DNA of 19,811 nt from positions 1 to 19,811 of the forward strand of contig JBDKRC010000059.1 in the NCBI GenBank assembly GCA_039683575.1. The letters run 5' to 3'. The translations under genes were made by a program, and so were the position numbers. Positions 16,099 through 19,811 of the stretch are shown in pieces; within the stretch, counting starts at the first letter, position 1, and every line of letters starts with the position of its first letter. This stretch comes from Armatimonadia bacterium (GTDB taxonomy: Bacteria; Armatimonadota; Zipacnadia; Zipacnadales; UBA11051). Below the pieces are notes generated by a model. The model ran no database searches and was not told the DNA's origin. It saw nothing but the letters and a program-made list of their open reading frames with translations.

Positions 16099-16383
16099 GT
16101 GCGAATAAGCGATCTAGTTGCCAACCTTTTTGACCTGTACTATATCATCCTCGTGATCCGTGTACTCCTGAGCTGGCTGCCGCAGCGATCTTACGGCAGC
16201 AAGCTCAGCCGGTTCGGTTCGCTCATCTACGGGCTCACAGAGCCGCTGCTCCTGCCGATTCGGCGGGCGCTGTGGCGATACCAGGGGGGCATGCAGGTCG
16301 ACTTCTCCCCTTTGGTCCTGATGCTCCTGATCTTCGTCGCCAGAGCAATCAGCCTGAAGCTGCTCTGGTCGCTCGGGCTCTAG
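16099..16383 (+). CDS. yggT: YggT/YlmG family membrane protein
   Basis: IRVLLSW, LTEPLLLPIRR and DFSPLV motifs; GTG start. Confidence 0.92.
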   Translation: MRISDLVANLFDLYYIILVIRVLLSWLPQRSYGSKLSRFGSLIYGLTEPLLLPIRRALWRYQGGMQVDFSPLVLMLLIFVARAISLKLLWSLGL

Positions 16384-16405
16384 TCATTCCTTCCAGGGGC
16401 CACCC

Positions 16406-17830
16406 GTGGGTATCTCCCGTCCATCCGAAGCCACTTCTCACCTCCGTCTCGTGATCATCGTCGTGATGATCGTGACCGCTGCCGCCCTGATTATGGGCAG
16501 AGAAGACGTGGGTAAGCTCCCCACCGGCGACTGGTACGCTTCCTCCCGCCAGGCCATCATTCAGGCCGACCTCATGTACCGCATGGCCTCGTACTGGGAC
16601 GCCGCTACCGGGGGCGAGTCCAGCTTCCACAGCCACCAGTGGCAATTGCGTGAGAGGGCACTGGCCGAGTACGAGCGCGAGAGCCTCGTGGAGCGTCCCA
16701 ATCCGGTCGCCCTCCACCGTCTCGGCATCATCTACGGCGAACGCGGCTACAGTCAACAGGCCCAGCAGGTTCTCAACCGCGCCGCCACCCTCGATGAAGA
16801 GCGCGCGGGCCTCTACTTTGCCCTCACCAATGTCTATGGTGCCAAGCCACACAAACTCGCGCCTCCGGCCCTGCAGCGCTTGCGCCAGCAGGAGCAGTGG
16901 CTGGCCGACCTCTCCCTGAGCGCCTACTACCGACGCCTCGATCCCCAGCGCGCTCAGGCCGTCGAGCAACAAGCCGCAGAGCACACCCGCCGCTTTGGCT
17001 TGCAGTTTCTCCTGACGCTTACCACCTATGGCGGCCTCGGCCTCATCGGCGCTATCATCGTTTTGCTGGCCATCATCCGTCGCGGCTTCTACGTCCAGCC
17101 GCCGCCGCCTGTCCGCCCCCCGATGCTCGTGCCGTGGGAGCCTCTTGATGCTATCGAAGCAGTCGGGGTGCTATACTTCGGCATGGCTGTCATGGGCGTG
17201 GGCGTGGGCATGTTGCTTGGCCAGACCGTGCTGCACGACGCCCCGCCTGTGGTCCGCGTCATTGTCACCGGAATTCAGTACTTGCTGTTCTCGGGCGCCA
17301 CTCTTGCGGTCCTGTGGCGGCGTATACAGGCTCCGGTACAGCGCCGCTGGCGGATCCTTGGCCTGCGCACAGGTGAGATGGCCAGGCTGATAGCCAACGG
17401 CATTGGCGGCTACGGCGTCCTCGTGGTCGCCCTTGTGGTGCTCACCTACACCTTCTCCGGTGGGCGCATTCTCGGCTTCGCGTCGTTCGGGCAGGCCGGC
17501 GAGCGCCTCGTGTCTTCTGCCACCGGACCCGGCGCGAGAGTGCTTCTCTTTGTCCTGATCTGCATCATTGCTCCGGTCATCGAAGAGATCATCTTCCGGG
17601 GCTTCGTCTACGCGGGCCTGCGCCGCCGCATGACCGTAACGAGCGCGGTCGTCGCCAGCGCTCTGCTTTTCGCCCTGATGCACAACAACCTCGACGCCCT
17701 CTTCACCATCGGCATCATAGGAGTAACCCTCGCCGTGCTCTACGAGCGGACACGCTCCCTGGTTCCCTGCATAGTCTGCCACGCCCTGAACAACACCCTC
17801 GTCTTCTTCCTTCTACTCCTGACCCAGTAG
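16406..17830 (+). CDS. CPBP (Abi/type II CAAX) intramembrane glutamic protease with N-terminal TPR-like domain
   Basis: EEIIFRG, FALMH and HALNN motifs. TPR-like ALHRLGIIYGERGYSQQAQQVLNRAATLD lies between TM1 and the later TMs. Start codon uncertain. Confidence 0.88.
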   Translation: MGISRPSEATSHLRLVIIVVMIVTAAALIMGREDVGKLPTGDWYASSRQAIIQADLMYRMASYWDAATGGESSFHSHQWQLRERALAEYERESLVERPNPVALHRLGIIYGERGYSQQAQQVLNRAATLDEERAGLYFALTNVYGAKPHKLAPPALQRLRQQEQWLADLSLSAYYRRLDPQRAQAVEQQAAEHTRRFGLQFLLTLTTYGGLGLIGAIIVLLAIIRRGFYVQPPPPVRPPMLVPWEPLDAIEAVGVLYFGMAVMGVGVGMLLGQTVLHDAPPVVRVIVTGIQYLLFSGATLAVLWRRIQAPVQRRWRILGLRTGEMARLIANGIGGYGVLVVALVVLTYTFSGGRILGFASFGQAGERLVSSATGPGARVLLFVLICIIAPVIEEIIFRGFVYAGLRRRMTVTSAVVASALLFALMHNNLDALFTIGIIGVTLAVLYERTRSLVPCIVCHALNNTLVFFLLLLTQ

Positions 17831-17858
17831 CCGCCGCCGGCCCTTGCCGCATTCAGGC

Positions 17859-17886
17859 CGCGTAGGTGGGTTCGTCCCGAACCCAC
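17859..17886 (+). repeat. Single GTAG-REP hairpin
   Basis: CGCGTAG-GTGGGTTCG-TCC-CGAACCCAC, same family as 10367. Confidence 0.85.
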
Positions 17887-17939
17887 TCTCCGGGTGCTGC
17901 CGACACTCCGTGGCGGCTCACCGTGGCGGCCACCCGTCC

Positions 17940-17968
17940 TTTACTTCCCACCATCTCTCGTTTACAAT
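17940..17968 (+). promoter_or_regulatory. Sigma-70-type promoter, probably leaderless
   Basis: TTTACT-N17-TACAAT, with ATG 17976 after a 7-nt gap from the -10 box and no SD. Confidence 0.55.
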
Positions 17969-17975
17969 GCCTCCC

Positions 17976-18248
17976 ATGTCCTCGTGCAGCCTTGCAATAC
18001 GCGTAATACCACGCGCCAGCCGCGAAGAAGTCTCCGGCGAGCGCGGTGACAGCATCACCATCCGGCTGACCGCTGCCCCAGTCAAGGGCGCGGCCAACAA
18101 GGCGCTGCTCGCCTTTCTCGGCAAGCGCCTGGGGGTGCCCAAATCCGCACTGAGCATCGTTGGGGGGGAGACGAGCCGCGACAAGCGCCTGCACGTCGAG
18201 GGCCTTGACGAGACCACGGCGCGGGCGCTGCTGCTGGGGGAGAATTGA
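17976..18248 (+). CDS. yggU: DUF167 (YggU/UPF0235) family protein
   Basis: LAIRVIPRAS, IRLTAAPVKGAANKALLAFL, SIVGGETSRDK. The track's 5' extension reads through a REP. Confidence 0.9.
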   Translation: MSSCSLAIRVIPRASREEVSGERGDSITIRLTAAPVKGAANKALLAFLGKRLGVPKSALSIVGGETSRDKRLHVEGLDETTARALLLGEN

Positions 18249-18255
18249 GACGACT

Positions 18256-19050
18256 ATGAACCTCGAATATGTGTATCTATACGACGACCCTGATGCGGCC
18301 GGACTGGATGTGGATTACCTGGGGCACTGGGTCGCGTCCCTCTTTCCGGACGCGCAGGTCGGCATACGCTCCGATTTCCTGACTTTCCACCTCGCCCGTT
18401 TCTCCGACGCGGAGCGCGAGGAGTTGGTGTCAGTGATGTGCGCACAGCTTCAGGGCGCGGAAGTCACCAACCTCGTACGCCCGGACCTGCGTGACAAGCT
18501 GCCCGAGCTTCTGCCCGAGGACCGCAACCTCGACGTCCTCTACGAAGGGAAGCCCCTGCAGGCCATCCTCCGCCTCCTGGTCCCTCAGGAAGAGGTCGGG
18601 CCATCGCGCGTCCACATCACCTTCACCGCCAACTACCTCGGCGAATGGCGTCCTGACGAGGTTTACCTCCACCTGCGCGCCTCAGTCCTCGGCCTCCCGA
18701 ACATCATCTCCCCAAGCAGCCTTATCGAGTCGCTGGAATTGCCGAAACAGTACCACTTCCTGCGGCAGCAGCTGGCCATTCTGGGCGTCGAGGAGGACGT
18801 TGAGGACATGTTTGCCCAGAACACCATCGGCTATGGCGACCCAAGGCTCAATGAGGTATGCAAAGGGCAGGTGTTGCAGGCCATCTCGTTCGCGCTCACC
18901 GGCGAAACCGGGTGCGATGACCCCGAGTGCCGTCTCTACGAAGCGGCCACGCACGAGGCAGTCTTGCATACCCAGGTTGCCGGCAAGCCAGGACTATGCG
19001 AGCGTCACCGGGACCTGTTGGAACCCTTCGGACTGGCCAAGCAGGAATAG
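18256..19050 (+). CDS. DUF6775-like putative metal-binding/metallopeptidase-like protein
   Basis: DPRLNEVCKG..LQA...LTGE..CDDPECRLY...QV......CERH resembles DUF6775 (from recall). ATG starts 7 nt after the DUF167 stop. Confidence 0.6.
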   Translation: MNLEYVYLYDDPDAAGLDVDYLGHWVASLFPDAQVGIRSDFLTFHLARFSDAEREELVSVMCAQLQGAEVTNLVRPDLRDKLPELLPEDRNLDVLYEGKPLQAILRLLVPQEEVGPSRVHITFTANYLGEWRPDEVYLHLRASVLGLPNIISPSSLIESLELPKQYHFLRQQLAILGVEEDVEDMFAQNTIGYGDPRLNEVCKGQVLQAISFALTGETGCDDPECRLYEAATHEAVLHTQVAGKPGLCERHRDLLEPFGLAKQE

Positions 19051-19073
19051 GCATTGCTCCCCTATACCGGCAG

Positions 19074-19778
19074 ATGGAGAGCGGGTTGAAGCACCTCATC
19101 GCCGTAGCCGTGCTGCTGCTCGCCGTCGCGCCCCTTCACCCCGCCCTCGGCGGGCCGCTCAGTGGCAAAGTCATCTGCGTGGACCCCGGACACCCTTCCG
19201 AAACCAGTTCCGGCACGAGTGGCAAGAAGATCACGGAGCTCAGGGCGAACTGGCTGGTGGCCCTGAAGCTCAAGGCCGTGCTGCAGTCGATGGGTGCCAC
19301 AGTGGTGCTCACTAAGGCCCGCGAGACTCAGGTAGTCACCAACCGCCGCCGTGCTGAGACCGCCAACGCGGCCAGGGCCAACCTGATGATCCGCCTGCAT
19401 TGCGATTGTGCCTGCGCCTCCGGCCTCGCTGTGTACTACCCGGACAGACGTGGCCATCGCTACGGCCGTTCTGGACCATCGCCCCTTGTCATCTCCCGCA
19501 GCCGCGCCGCGGGCATGGCCTTCTATGCCTCCATCACCTTAGCCCTGAAAGGGAAGGTCAGGCCGCGCGGCCTGCATGGCGACTCGGCCACCCTCATCGG
19601 CAGTAAGCAAGGCGCTCTCACCGCCTCCGTCTTTTCCAAAGTACCCGTGCTGACCATCGAGATGGTAACCTTGACCCAGAGGGCCGACGAAGACTTCATC
19701 GCCGGCCCCACCGGGCAACTCACCATGGCCAAAGCCATAGCCACCGCCCTGATCGCGGCCGCCAAAGCCCTGAAGTAA
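19074..19778 (+). CDS. Secreted N-acetylmuramoyl-L-alanine amidase (Amidase_3)
   Basis: ICVDPGH, E in ITELRAN, RAETAN...IRLHCD and LTIEM provide the Zn/catalytic residues; signal peptide present. Alternative start TTG 19086 after GGAGAG. Confidence 0.88.
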   Translation: MESGLKHLIAVAVLLLAVAPLHPALGGPLSGKVICVDPGHPSETSSGTSGKKITELRANWLVALKLKAVLQSMGATVVLTKARETQVVTNRRRAETANAARANLMIRLHCDCACASGLAVYYPDRRGHRYGRSGPSPLVISRSRAAGMAFYASITLALKGKVRPRGLHGDSATLIGSKQGALTASVFSKVPVLTIEMVTLTQRADEDFIAGPTGQLTMAKAIATALIAAAKALK

Positions 19779-19783
19779 CTCTT

Positions 19784-19811
19784 CGCGTAGGTGGGTGCGT
19801 CCCGCACCGAC
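19784..19811 (+). repeat. GTAG-REP hairpin at the window end
   Basis: CGCGTAG-GTGGGTGCG-TCC-CGCACCGAC, 5 nt after the amidase stop. Confidence 0.8.

Overview
High-GC bacterial window, plausibly from an Armatimonadota-like Terrabacteria lineage (inferred from gene content, not proven). It starts and ends inside REP-like hairpins. The left half (1-10.5 kb) is a divergent locus of mostly exported, probably carbohydrate-active proteins. On the minus strand it holds a secreted hypothetical protein, a ~1230-codon GH42/beta-galactosidase-like gene broken by one in-frame TAG, a Cys-type sulfatase and a CBM9-like protein; a DUF4838+CBM9-like protein lies on the plus strand. The middle has a DUF2207 membrane protein and a 2-TM winged-helix/zinc-ribbon protein. 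The right half is a housekeeping/division cluster: Pro/Glu-rich double zinc-ribbon protein, yggS, sepF, proC, yggT, CPBP protease, DUF167, a DUF6775-like protein and an Amidase_3 protein. Most notable: (1) two unrelated secreted proteins share a C-terminal helical tail ending Wx[IL]KF[DE]xL[FL]xD, a candidate undescribed sorting/docking signal; (2) the amber codon sits just before the putative catalytic motif of the large hydrolase; (3) three sigma-H-like AGGA-N17/18-GAA motifs head the accessory units, while sigma-70-type promoters serve the core cluster; (4) GTAG-REP hairpins show compensatory stem changes, and one inter-REP spacer copies the 3' end of the adjacent gene. Family calls come from motif recognition by eye; no database searches were run.
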